The position numbers and the translations under genes are program-made. 64,000 bases of DNA, taken from contig OZ244799.1 of the NCBI GenBank assembly GCA_965219955.1, forward strand, positions 2,368,001-2,432,000. The letters run 5' to 3'. This document shows, one piece after another, positions 38,692-48,158 of the stretch (position 1 is its first letter; each line of letters begins with the position of its first letter). This DNA comes from a bacterium. Its GTDB lineage: Bacteria; UBA8248. The notes below the pieces were generated by a model, which searched no databases, was not told where the DNA came from, and saw nothing but the letters and a program-made list of their open reading frames with translations.

Positions 38692-39186
38692 TTGAAAGAG
38701 GAGGAGTTCCGCTTGCGCCGGCACCGATACTATTTCGACCTCATACTCGAGGGTATGGACAAATACAACCTCGCCGACTGCATCGTGGACGAATACCTGC
38801 CCCTCACCGCGCAAATGCCCATCTGGGATATCGCGGAAAAAATCCGCGAGGGACATTTCCATTTCGAGCACGAAAGCCCGGAGCCTCTCGAGGAATTCCC
38901 GAAAAACCTGGAGGCCTTCAGCGCCTATCTCCACCAGGTGGTCAAGGGTTTTCACGCTATAGAGGAGGCGGAAGACGCCCGGGTCCGCCTCGTCGAGGCC
39001 CGGAAAATCCTCGCGCTCAGAGGCGAGATCGTCACGCTTCCGCTACGGCTTCCGCCCACGCTTCTGCTCAACGACCTGGACCCCGACGCGGAGGACCTCG
39101 ACCACATCGAGGCGCACTGGAGGGGCTACCCGCGCTGGTTCCAGGACGGCATGCGGAGAAAGCATCCCTACCTGAGACGCCTTTAG
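38692..39186 (+). CDS. hypothetical protein
   Basis: 164-aa ORF with protein-like composition, in the gap between convergent neighbours; TTGACA upstream. Confidence 0.6.
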   Translation: MKEEEFRLRRHRYYFDLILEGMDKYNLADCIVDEYLPLTAQMPIWDIAEKIREGHFHFEHESPEPLEEFPKNLEAFSAYLHQVVKGFHAIEEAEDARVRLVEARKILALRGEIVTLPLRLPPTLLLNDLDPDAEDLDHIEAHWRGYPRWFQDGMRRKHPYLRRL

Positions 39187-39205
39187 AGGGCGCAGGCAGA
39201 ACGAA

Positions 39206-40756
39206 TCAGGGACTGATTTTCAGGAAGTTCGGATCGCTCTCATCCCCATAGGCTTCGAGCGGCTCGCTCACCTCGTCCGCTTCGTCCTCAGCGCGCGAGA
39301 TACCCTCTATTGCAGGCGTGTGCTCGCTTTCTTCACGCTCGCTCACCTCACCCGCTTCGAGTTCCTCCGGGGGGTTCTCTGCGGAGGAGAGTTGCGCACC
39401 GTCTTCTTCCTCGCCCGCCTCACGCGCCTGAAGCGCGCGCGGGGTTCTCTCCAGGGGCGATATCTGTTCGAGCTCGCCTTCGCTTTCCGATGCTCCCGAG
39501 ACGGCGCCCAGGTCCTTGAACTTTCTCGCCGACACCAGCACGCGCGTCTCATACGAGCCCACCGCCTTGTTGTACGCCTCGACCGCCCTGTCCAGCCCCC
39601 GGCCCATGGCGTCGAAATGCTTCGCCAGCGTCTTGAGGCGCCCGTAGAGCGTCTGGCCGAGTCCACTCACGGCCTGGGCGCTCTCGGCCACCTTCTCCTG
39701 CCGCCAGCCGTAGGCCACCGCGCGCAAAAGGGCGATGAGCGTCGTGGGCGTCGCCAGTATCACCTGTCGGCTCACGCCCTCTTCTATCAGGCCGGGCTCC
39801 TGTTCGAGCGCCGCGCTGAAGAAACTCTCTCCGGGCAGGAACATCGCCACGAACTCGGGCGTGGACTCGCACTGATCCCAATACGTCTTCGAACTCAGGC
39901 GGTTCATGTGATCGCGAATCTGGCGCGCGTGTTCTCCCAAAAAGGCGCGGCGCGCTTCCTCATCCTCCGCTTCGAGCGAGTTGAGGTAGGCGTCGAGCGG
40001 TGCCTTGGCGTCGACCACCACGTTCTTCCCGCCGGGCAGCTTCACGATGAGGTCGGGGCGCAGGCGCGCCTCCTCACCCTCGATCGTCTGCTGCTCCATG
40101 AAGTCGCAGTGCGCCACCATGCCGGCCATCTCCACCACGCGCCTGAGCTGCATCTCCCCCCAGCGGCCGCGCACGTTCGGCGCGCGCAAGGCCTTCACGA
40201 GATTCCCCGTCTCCGATTGAAGCTCTTTCTGGCTGCTCGCGAGGGACTTGACTTGCTCGGTGAGCGAGCCGTAGGCCTCCCGTCTGGCCCGTTCGAGGTC
40301 TTCCACCTGCGTGCCCACCTTCTCGAGCGACTCCCGGATGGGGGCGACGAGGGTCTCCACCGCCTTCCGGCGCGCTTCGAGGTCGCCCTTGGCCTCGCTC
40401 TGGAATTTCTCGAGCGTCGACTTGGCCAGATCGAGAAAGGAAGCGTTGTTGCTCTTTAAGGCGTCTGCACTCAGCGCGCCGAAGCTCTCGCGCATCTCCT
40501 CCGTCGCGCGGCGAAGCAGGTCGATTTTCTCCTGCGCCGATTTTCGCTCGTGCGCCAGATCGGACTCGAGGCGCGCCACGTCCGACCTCAAGCCCATGTT
40601 CTTTTCCAGCTCCGCGGCGTGCGCCGCCTGCGCGTCCGCCTTTTCCATCTCGGCGTTGCGCAGCATCGTGGACAAGGCGGAAATCCGCGTCCTCACGACG
40701 AACCAGAAGCACAAGGCGAGAACGGCGGCTCCCAAGGCGGCGTGCCAGATTTCCAT
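39206..40756 (-). CDS. rmuC: DNA recombination protein RmuC family
   Basis: N-terminal TM plus coiled coil, [50 protein letters not shown]; acidic C-terminal tail. Confidence 0.92.
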   Translation of the reverse strand: MEIWHAALGAAVLALCFWFVVRTRISALSTMLRNAEMEKADAQAAHAAELEKNMGLRSDVARLESDLAHERKSAQEKIDLLRRATEEMRESFGALSADALKSNNASFLDLAKSTLEKFQSEAKGDLEARRKAVETLVAPIRESLEKVGTQVEDLERARREAYGSLTEQVKSLASSQKELQSETGNLVKALRAPNVRGRWGEMQLRRVVEMAGMVAHCDFMEQQTIEGEEARLRPDLIVKLPGGKNVVVDAKAPLDAYLNSLEAEDEEARRAFLGEHARQIRDHMNRLSSKTYWDQCESTPEFVAMFLPGESFFSAALEQEPGLIEEGVSRQVILATPTTLIALLRAVAYGWRQEKVAESAQAVSGLGQTLYGRLKTLAKHFDAMGRGLDRAVEAYNKAVGSYETRVLVSARKFKDLGAVSGASESEGELEQISPLERTPRALQAREAGEEEDGAQLSSAENPPEELEAGEVSEREESEHTPAIEGISRAEDEADEVSEPLEAYGDESDPNFLKISP

Positions 40757-40993
40757 GCGGGGATTCTCCCGGGGCGATAATTTCTTGTGGCGGGCGATGT
40801 TCGGCAAGTTCGGTGGTTATTGTATCAGGGTTCGCGCAAAAATGCGCGACGGGCGGAAGCGCGGCGCATCCAGGCTGCAAGGGGGTGGTGAAAAAGCCCC
40901 CTCCTCAGGGGATGAAGACAATCCCTCGGCGAAGCGCGCGGCTTTTCCGGACTACATGGAGCCAGGGTTCCATTGCTCCCCGCCTCCGGGAAA

Positions 40994-41269
40994 TCATTCT
41001 TTCTCGAGGCGCACGGCGGCGTCGATCAGGATGCGGTAGATCTGCTTGAGGACATCGGGCGGGCACGGACCCTCGTTGCCGTCCAGCACCCGGGCGATCA
41101 CCTCGCTCTCGCGCGCTTCGTCCTTGACGGCGATGCCGCGCGCGCTCTTGTATTCACCGACTTCGAGGCAGATTTTGAGCCGATCGTTGATGAAGCGGAC
41201 GATCTCCGCATCGCACGCATCAATCCGCTCCCTGAAACCGGACAAACCATCCGCCATGCCGCGCTCCAT
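40994..41269 (-). CDS. chorismate mutase (AroQ, type II), stand-alone
   Basis: RERIDACDAEIV..INDR..EVGEYK..V.DEARE. Confidence 0.85.
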   Translation of the reverse strand: MERGMADGLSGFRERIDACDAEIVRFINDRLKICLEVGEYKSARGIAVKDEARESEVIARVLDGNEGPCPPDVLKQIYRILIDAAVRLEKE

Positions 41270-41508
41270 TTGTAAGGACGTAATCGAAGAGGAAACGGCA
41301 TTATACCACGATTCGCGGCAGTTTCATTCCCGCGGACCCGAATCCCGAGAAACGCCCCCAAAGAGCGTTTCCCGATGCGTAAAACCCTTGTGAGCGGCGC
41401 GTTTTTCATTGCCGTTTGCGCCGTGAATTTGGTATCTTGCCCCCATGCGACACGCGAATCTTTTCGCTGCATCGACGTAAACTCTCTCCCGGAAAAGGAG
41501 TCCTTCAC

Positions 41509-43353
41509 ATGCTTCGTCATTTTCGTCTGCTCGTCGTCATCATTTTCGTTCTCACTCTGGGATTCGCCGGGAGCGCCTCGGCGCAGAGTTTCTCCGACGT
41601 CGTCGTGTTCGGCGACAGTCTGAGCGATTCGGGCAACGCGGCCCAGGCGAACGGGCTGCCCGCGGGCAACAGCTTCACCACGAACCCCGACCCCGTCTGG
41701 GCCGAGATCGTCGCGGAGGCCTTCGGCGCATCGGGGAGCAACTCGCTCGCGGGCGGGCCGAACTACGCCTTCGCAGGCGCCTGCGTGAACCCGGCCACGC
41801 CCTGTACGCAAGACATCGTGCCGACGGTGACGGAGCAGATCGACTCGCACCTCTCCGCACGAGGCGGAAGCGCCGACCCGAACACGCTCTACGCCATCTG
41901 GGGCGGCGCGAACGACGTCGCCGACTCCGCGGTGAACGACACCCCCAATGCGCTGGGCCACGTTCTGGCGGCCGCGGACGCCACCGTCGCGCAGGTCAGA
42001 CGCCTGCGCGAAGCCGGCGCCCGTCATGTCGTCGTGGCAAACGTGCCCGACGTCTCTCTGACGCCCTATGCCGTCAACCTGGGTCCCCTCGTCCAGGGAG
42101 CTCTGGGCGCGCTGGCCGACGAATACAACAAGAAACTCCACGCCGGCATTCGTGAGGGAGAAGACGGCGTCGTCCCCGTCAACCTTCACGCCCTCGTTCG
42201 TGAAATCGCCGCAAACCCCGGGACGTACGGCTTCACCAGCGTCACCGGAACGGCCTGTGGAGCGCCGAACGCGGACAGCGCGGTCTCCATCCTGTGCGGG
42301 CCCGAAGGTTCCCCCTCTCCCGTGACCTATCCGGCCGGCGCCAATCAAACGCACCTGTTCGCGGACCGCAGCCACCCGAGCGGCGCGGGGCACGCGATGA
42401 TGGCGGCCCTGGTCACCTCCGCGCTCGCGGCCCCGCTCCAGGTTTCGCTCGCGGGCGAAGCGGGCGCAGAGGCGGCGGAGGCTCACCACGGCGTCATCTC
42501 GGCGGAGCGGGCTTCGGATTTCGCGCTGCCCGTCGGGAGCTGGCGCGGCTATGCGCGGGGCGGGTTCGGCGCGGGCGAGCCGGGCGCCTTCGCGCGTCTC
42601 GGGGAAATCGATTCCGGCATGACCGTCATTACCCTGGGCGCGGGCCACCGCGCAGGGCCGGACCTCTCATGGGGCGCTGCGCTGAGCGTCGCCAGCCACG
42701 AGAACGAACTCACGGGCGCGAACCTGGACAGCGACGTGGCGCTCGGCTCGCTGCACGGCGCATGGCGCAGCGGCGGGCTCCAGGTGAGCATCGCCCTGAG
42801 CCTCGGCCAGACGTCGGTGGACGTAGAGCGTACGGTCACCCTCGGAGCGTTGACGCGCGTCGAGCGCGGCTCCACCGAAGCCGCCCAGTTCGGGGGCGAA
42901 TTCGAGCTGGCGTGTACACTGGGAGCTTCCGAGACTCTCCGGCATGGGCCGTTTTTCGGTCTCTCGCTGCTCAATCAGGAGGTCAAGGGCTACCGGGAGA
43001 GCGGGAATTCCTCGACCGCGATGAATTTTTCGGACTTCTCGCGCAACTCGCTCATCGCGCGCGGCGGCTACCGCTTCGGCTGGAGCGTCGGCGGATTTCT
43101 CCCCTATGCCCGCATCGCCTATGAACGCGAACTCGAGGATGAGCCCATCCGCGTCTCGGCGGGTTCGAACACCATGCCCGGGCGCTTCACGCTTCCGGGC
43201 TTCGAGCCTGCGGCCAGCGCCGTGAGCGCAGACTTAGGGCTGAGCACGAAACTCGGCGAGCGCATGAGCGGCCACCTGGGCTACTCCGGACGCTTCGGCG
43301 AAGACTCGCGCCGCAGCCACCGTCTCTCGCTGGCTTTGCGCATGGTGTTTTGA
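41509..43353 (+). CDS. GDSL esterase autotransporter (EstA-like)
   Basis: signal peptide, VFGDSLSDSGN, NYAFAGA, WGGAND, FADRSHP, C-terminal beta-barrel ending in F; start 41509 after AAGGAG. Confidence 0.88.
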   Translation: MLRHFRLLVVIIFVLTLGFAGSASAQSFSDVVVFGDSLSDSGNAAQANGLPAGNSFTTNPDPVWAEIVAEAFGASGSNSLAGGPNYAFAGACVNPATPCTQDIVPTVTEQIDSHLSARGGSADPNTLYAIWGGANDVADSAVNDTPNALGHVLAAADATVAQVRRLREAGARHVVVANVPDVSLTPYAVNLGPLVQGALGALADEYNKKLHAGIREGEDGVVPVNLHALVREIAANPGTYGFTSVTGTACGAPNADSAVSILCGPEGSPSPVTYPAGANQTHLFADRSHPSGAGHAMMAALVTSALAAPLQVSLAGEAGAEAAEAHHGVISAERASDFALPVGSWRGYARGGFGAGEPGAFARLGEIDSGMTVITLGAGHRAGPDLSWGAALSVASHENELTGANLDSDVALGSLHGAWRSGGLQVSIALSLGQTSVDVERTVTLGALTRVERGSTEAAQFGGEFELACTLGASETLRHGPFFGLSLLNQEVKGYRESGNSSTAMNFSDFSRNSLIARGGYRFGWSVGGFLPYARIAYERELEDEPIRVSAGSNTMPGRFTLPGFEPAASAVSADLGLSTKLGERMSGHLGYSGRFGEDSRRSHRLSLALRMVF

Positions 43354-43365
43354 GGCCGGGGAAAA

Positions 43366-44427
43366 TCAGGGAGCGCCGCCGAGGCAGGGAGAGACTTCGC
43401 GGATGAAGCGCTCGGCCACGGCGCGCCAGGTGTAAGCGGCTGCGCGCCCGATTCCGCGCCGGCCCAGTTCATCGCGCAAATCCTTGTTCTTCAGCAGGTG
43501 GATGAGCGCATCGGCGAGGGCGGCTTCATCCCCCGGCGGCAGCAGGACGCCCGCGTCAGCCACGATCTCGGGCGCCGCCGCCACTTCGATCGCCACCACG
43601 GGCAGGCCCGCCGCCATGGCTTCCAAGAAGGCGATGCCGAAACCCTCCTGGAGCGACGGCAGGCAGAAAACGTCCGCCCCAGCGTATTCCCGGCGCACGG
43701 CCTCATCGCCGGGCACCTCGCCCAGGAGCGTCACGGCGTTCTCGAGGCCCAATCTACCCACCTGTTTTTCAAGGCGCTTCAAAGACGGCCCCCCGCCCAC
43801 GACGCGCAACTTCGCATCGGGCACATCCTCAAGCACCCTCGTCATGGCCCCGATGAGGCTTTTGGTGTTCTTTCGGGGGTATTGCCGCGCCACGGAGAGG
43901 ATGGTGCGGCCAGTGGGACGCCTCATCTCCCTTACAGACTCCCAATGGGCCGGATGGATTCCGTTGCCCACGACGCCGACTTTCTCCGCCGGCAGCCCAT
44001 ACGCCTCGCAAGCCACGCCCCGGCTGTATTCGCTGGTGACGATGACCCTGTCGGCGCGATGCGCGTTGGCGCGCTCCAGATGGGATAGCGCGCGCAGGTA
44101 CTGGCGCGGCGCGCCGCGTTCGAACCGCATCTCATCGGCCGAGATTCCGTGCAGATAGACGATGAAGGGGGTTTCCATGCCCAGATCGAAGCCGTCGATG
44201 TCGAAGCCCACGATGAGGTCGAAACCGTCGGGCGATACCCGGTCCTTGAGTTCCAGGTTATACAGCAGCCTCTGGAGCAGGAGGCTCGACGCGCGCTCGT
44301 TCGGGCCGATGATCTCCACCGCGTGCCCGTTCGCTTCCAGCCCGCCCGCCAGGCCCGTGATGGCCGCCGCCGTGCCCGATCCCTTCGCGACCTCGAGGGT
44401 CCAGGAGTTCAAAAAAGCGATCCGCAA
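43366..44427 (-). CDS. glycosyltransferase family 4
   Basis: MRIAFL, SVARQYPRKN, VVGGG, DVFCLPSLQEGFGIAFLEAMAAGLPVV. Confidence 0.92.
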   Translation of the reverse strand: MRIAFLNSWTLEVAKGSGTAAAITGLAGGLEANGHAVEIIGPNERASSLLLQRLLYNLELKDRVSPDGFDLIVGFDIDGFDLGMETPFIVYLHGISADEMRFERGAPRQYLRALSHLERANAHRADRVIVTSEYSRGVACEAYGLPAEKVGVVGNGIHPAHWESVREMRRPTGRTILSVARQYPRKNTKSLIGAMTRVLEDVPDAKLRVVGGGPSLKRLEKQVGRLGLENAVTLLGEVPGDEAVRREYAGADVFCLPSLQEGFGIAFLEAMAAGLPVVAIEVAAAPEIVADAGVLLPPGDEAALADALIHLLKNKDLRDELGRRGIGRAAAYTWRAVAERFIREVSPCLGGAP

Positions 44428-44449
44428 GCCGTTCCTCTCCCGATAAACA

Positions 44450-44477
44450 AAAGAGGGCGCAACCTCACGCCCTCTTT
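44450..44477 (-). terminator. intrinsic terminator-like hairpin
   Basis: AAAGAGGGCG-CAACCTCA-CGCCCTCTTT; T-rich tail on minus strand after the dehydratase gene. Confidence 0.6.
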
Positions 44478-44505
44478 ATGCGTCCTGACAATATGGAACC
44501 GCTCC

Positions 44506-44838
44506 TTACAACGCCTGGTCCGACTTGGCCGCGAAGACGAAATCGCTCTCCGTCAGGCCGTCTATCTTGTGCGTCCACACGGTGACCTTCACCTTCCCCC
44601 ACGCCAGATAGATGTCGGGGTGATGGCCCTGCTCCTCGGCCATCTCGCCCACCCGGTTCGTGAAATCAAGCGCCGAGCGGAAATCGGGAAAGCCGTATTC
44701 TTTTTCCAGATGGTGCCCGTCCACCACGCGCCAATCGCCGCCCAGCTGCTCCTGCAGGGCGGAGAGGGCCTCTCCCTCAAGCGGGGGCACGCCGCCTTTG
44801 CACGGCACGCATTCCTTGGCCGCAAGCTCGCTGCTCAT
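44506..44838 (-). CDS. phhB: pterin-4-alpha-carbinolamine dehydratase
   Basis: CVPCKGG, AEEQGHHPDI, WTHKIDGLTESDFVFAAK. Confidence 0.92.
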   Translation of the reverse strand: MSSELAAKECVPCKGGVPPLEGEALSALQEQLGGDWRVVDGHHLEKEYGFPDFRSALDFTNRVGEMAEEQGHHPDIYLAWGKVKVTVWTHKIDGLTESDFVFAAKSDQAL

Positions 44839-45261
44839 GGGTTTCCTGCTCCTCTATAGGGATGAAGATACAACCTGTCGATACGCCTCGAAAGGACGGC
44901 TCATCATCGCGTCTTTCCCAAAAAGCCGCAAGGCCGCGCCATGCGCTCCTGAGCGCGGGCTGCGCCCCGCAGGGGTTTCGCCGGCAATCCGGGAGCGCCG
45001 GGAACGGAAGCGGCCTCCCGCGCCCCTCGCGCGCAAATGCGGGCAGTTGCGGGCAAATGCGCGGGAGCCGGAAAACTTTTTTTCCGCTGAATCTGAGTGA
45101 AAGACGCTCAGATTTTTATGATAACTCTTTTGATAACAACACCTTATAGAAGCGTAAATTTTCAGGAATTTATCGGAAAACCCCGTGAATTTATCGAATT
45201 TTATCGAAAATATCATTATTTTTATTACCATCATCCATCCCCGCTCCATGAGCGCACTCCC

Positions 45262-45463
45262 CGGCGGGAAAAAGCCCCCCGAGGAGAGAGGGAATCCCGA
45301 TCATCGAATTGTTCATCGTAGGGACAGGCCTCCGTGCCTGTCCTGGCGAAGGACAACCACGGAGGGCGGGACAGGCACGGAGGCCTGTCCCTACAAAACC
45401 ATCGCGCCCGCGCCGCGTGAACCTCCATGCCGCCGACCCCGAAACAGGCTTTTTCAACAGCCC
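45262..45463. mobile_element. MITE-like element copy 3 (degenerate left end)
   Basis: near-copy of 57843-58004 (GAGGAGAGAGGGAATCCCGATCATCGAATTG, GTAGGGACAGGCCTCCGTGCCTGTCCT); right end TTTTTCAACAGCCC. Confidence 0.65.
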
Positions 45464-45742
45464 CGGGGAGCGAGTGTCGAACGCGACTGATGAAGGAGCG
45501 ATCGAAAACTCTTCGGGAGGGTTCGCCGCCCCCATTCTCGCTCCGTCACCGCGTCCCATGAAAAACCTCCGCGCCTTCGCGTTCCGGCCCATGCGGGAGA
45601 TACCGCTCCCCCGCGCCGCGCGCACGATAGCGGATTCCGGGATTGCGGGGAGTACGGCAATTGCGGGGAAATGCGGGGTCGAGCCCGATTGATGAATGAG
45701 GGCTCGCCGGGTGAGGAGAGAGGAACCACTCCCCCCTTGAGG

Positions 45743-45916
45743 GTCTTGTTGAAAAAGCCCTGCAATTCCGGAATGACGGCTGTAGGGGCGGCTCGCGAGC
45801 CGCCCCTGCAATTTCGCCCCAATAGGTCGAAAGAGAATCGTGAACCGGTGCGGGCGGACACTTTCGAGCTTCTCCTCCTCAGGAAGCTCGACGCCCCTAC
45901 AAAACCCTACACTCCC
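45743..45916. mobile_element. MITE-like element copy 4 (left end only, REP cargo)
   Basis: CACTCCCCCCTTGAGG then GTCTTGTTGAAAAA; contains GTAGGGGCGGCTCGCGAGCCGCCCCTG; right end not recognisable. Confidence 0.5.
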
Positions 45917-46029
45917 CATCACCCCTCAGTAGCCGGAGTCCACCGGGATCCGGCGTCTTGTCGGTGTCGCCGTCTACCGGCGCCGCAACCGCTCAGCCGG
46001 CTGGACAGGCCGACACAGGGTCATCAGGT

Positions 46030-47580
46030 TCAGATCCAAGCATCGGCGAACGCCTCGCGGTAAATCGTTTCGATTCGCGCCGCCTCGTCATCGGTCAGCG
46101 CGGCGAATTCCTTCTCCCGGCCCCGGCGGGAAAGGCTGCCGCCGTTGCGGTGCAGGAACCGGAACAGAAGGTCGGACAGCCTCTCCGGCATGTCGACGAT
46201 TAAGTTCAGTTCCCTGCGAAATTCGTCGTAGCGTTTCAGGAAGGAGACTTCTCCCGGCAGGTCGTGCTCGACGGTCCGTTGCACGCATCCATACAGGAAC
46301 TCGGTTTGCGGCGTCGCGTCGAAGAACCGGTAGAAATCGTCCGTATCGTTCAATACCCGGACGTTGCCGCCCTCCGTCGGCTCCCAGTCCACCGCCGGCA
46401 GCAGACGCTGCGAATAGTCTTCGAGCGCGAGGCGGTAGTCCTCGACCCGCTCCAGGATGGCCGCCGACACGGGAAAGACAACGCCGGGCGGGTTGAAGCC
46501 GCGCCGGGCCAGGACGTGGTGGACCAGATAGCGGTGCAGCCGGCCGTTTCCGTCCTCGAAAGGGTGGATGTAGACGAAGCCGAACGCGAGAACCGACGCC
46601 GCCACGACCGGGTCGAGCTGTTGGGCGGCCCCACGGCTGAAATCGGTCATGCCCTCCACGAGCCGGACCAGACGATCCGGCCGGGCGCTGATGTGGACGG
46701 GTATCGGCGCTCCCGATTCGCGGTCCCGTTCGCCGACGAAACCGCCCTCGCCCCGCAGACCGAGGCGGACGAACCGGGCGTCGCCGATCACGATGCTTTG
46801 CAAGCGCAGCAGTTCGTCGAGGTCGAGCGCCTGCCGGCCGGCTTGGCCGATGGCGCGGCCCCACCGCTGGATGCGGTCGTGAGGCGGATGCTCGCCCTCG
46901 ATGGCGAAGCTGGACCGGGAGTCTTTCAGCAGCAGGAAGGCCGCCGTGCGCGCCAGCAGATCGCGCGGGACCGCCGCGACGGCATCCGCCGCGCGCGCGC
47001 CCAGGTCCATGGCGATGAAGCGCTCCAGCGCCTCGGTGCGGAACACCAGCGGACAGAATTCCGGCGTGCCGGGCAGGTTGTTCTTTACCCGGTGCCGTGA
47101 AGAGGTTTCCGCCTGGACGGCATATTGAAGGTCCGGATCGACGACTTGCGCGTAGGCGCCGCGATCGGCGTTCGGCAGATCGAGCCGCGTCCCGCTCAGC
47201 CATTCATAGAGGAACCAGATGCGCCTGGCGTAGGCGCCCGTCGGCCTGGCCTTGACGATGTTTTCGATGGGCGCGGGGCCGCACGCGGCGAACAGGCGCT
47301 TGAGGACAGAGAGATGAAGCCCCTCGCGCTTCAGCGCGAAGGTGAGATGGCCTTCGAGGCTCGCATCCGGTACATAGCGAGACGAGTAGATGCGCCAGCC
47401 GCCATCCTCGATACGCCTGTGCCGCTCGCCCGTGGCGCTCAGTACGCGCGGGAGCGGCACGCGCAGCCCGTAGGCCTCGATGAGCGCGGCGTACCCGGCC
47501 GGCGTGGCCCTCTCCGGGAGCCGTCGTTCCTGAAAAACGGTAACCGGGCCTGAAAAACGATTCTTTTCGGTGGCGTTCAT
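46030..47580 (-). CDS. Fic family protein (large, N-terminally extended)
   Basis: HPFEDGNGRLHR intact Fic motif, SRSSFAIEGE; start uncertain (47580 or upstream). Confidence 0.9.
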   Translation of the reverse strand: MNATEKNRFSGPVTVFQERRLPERATPAGYAALIEAYGLRVPLPRVLSATGERHRRIEDGGWRIYSSRYVPDASLEGHLTFALKREGLHLSVLKRLFAACGPAPIENIVKARPTGAYARRIWFLYEWLSGTRLDLPNADRGAYAQVVDPDLQYAVQAETSSRHRVKNNLPGTPEFCPLVFRTEALERFIAMDLGARAADAVAAVPRDLLARTAAFLLLKDSRSSFAIEGEHPPHDRIQRWGRAIGQAGRQALDLDELLRLQSIVIGDARFVRLGLRGEGGFVGERDRESGAPIPVHISARPDRLVRLVEGMTDFSRGAAQQLDPVVAASVLAFGFVYIHPFEDGNGRLHRYLVHHVLARRGFNPPGVVFPVSAAILERVEDYRLALEDYSQRLLPAVDWEPTEGGNVRVLNDTDDFYRFFDATPQTEFLYGCVQRTVEHDLPGEVSFLKRYDEFRRELNLIVDMPERLSDLLFRFLHRNGGSLSRRGREKEFAALTDDEAARIETIYREAFADAWI

Positions 47581-48011
47581 CTCAAAATTGTTCCCTATCC
47601 GTGAAAAACGATACTCATTCATGAATATTGATAACACAGATGGATTAAAATGAAAAACGATTATTTTTGTCGCTGGAATCATACGAATATGTTCTGCTCG
47701 TATCGCCGCACCCCGGAAGGCCCTGTCGCTCCTCGGCGACGGAATGGCGATGCTCCGCTGATCTCCCTTTGGGTCCCCCGCATCCGAAACGCTTCGTTCA
47801 GGCGGATGGAACCCGGCGAGTCAAAAGGGTAGTCATGTGAAAATGAAGACGCCATACCGCTTGTTCATCGAAACGGTATTGGTTCGGGAGGCATCCCGCG
47901 CGGCCCCGCGGAATCGCCGGGGAGTCCCGGTTCCCTCCCGCCCGGCGGGTCGAACCGGCCGCCGGAGAACGCATCCGGTCGGTCGGCGTCGGCGGCGGAC
48001 GGATATGCCGA

Positions 48012-48039
48012 TTGAAAAAATGAGGCGCTCGATTATAAT
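48012..48039 (+). promoter_or_regulatory. sigma70-like promoter upstream of the secreted-protein array
   Basis: TTGAAA-N16-TATAAT about 120 bp before the 48159 start. Confidence 0.55.
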
Positions 48040-48158
48040 TGAACGCCTTGGAATCATCTTGAATGCGACACAGCCACGTGGAATGCGGCACAGCCACGCC
48101 TTCCATCACTCGTTCTGAACACGGCGGCCGCCGCGCCGACCGCCGGGAGGGACACGCC

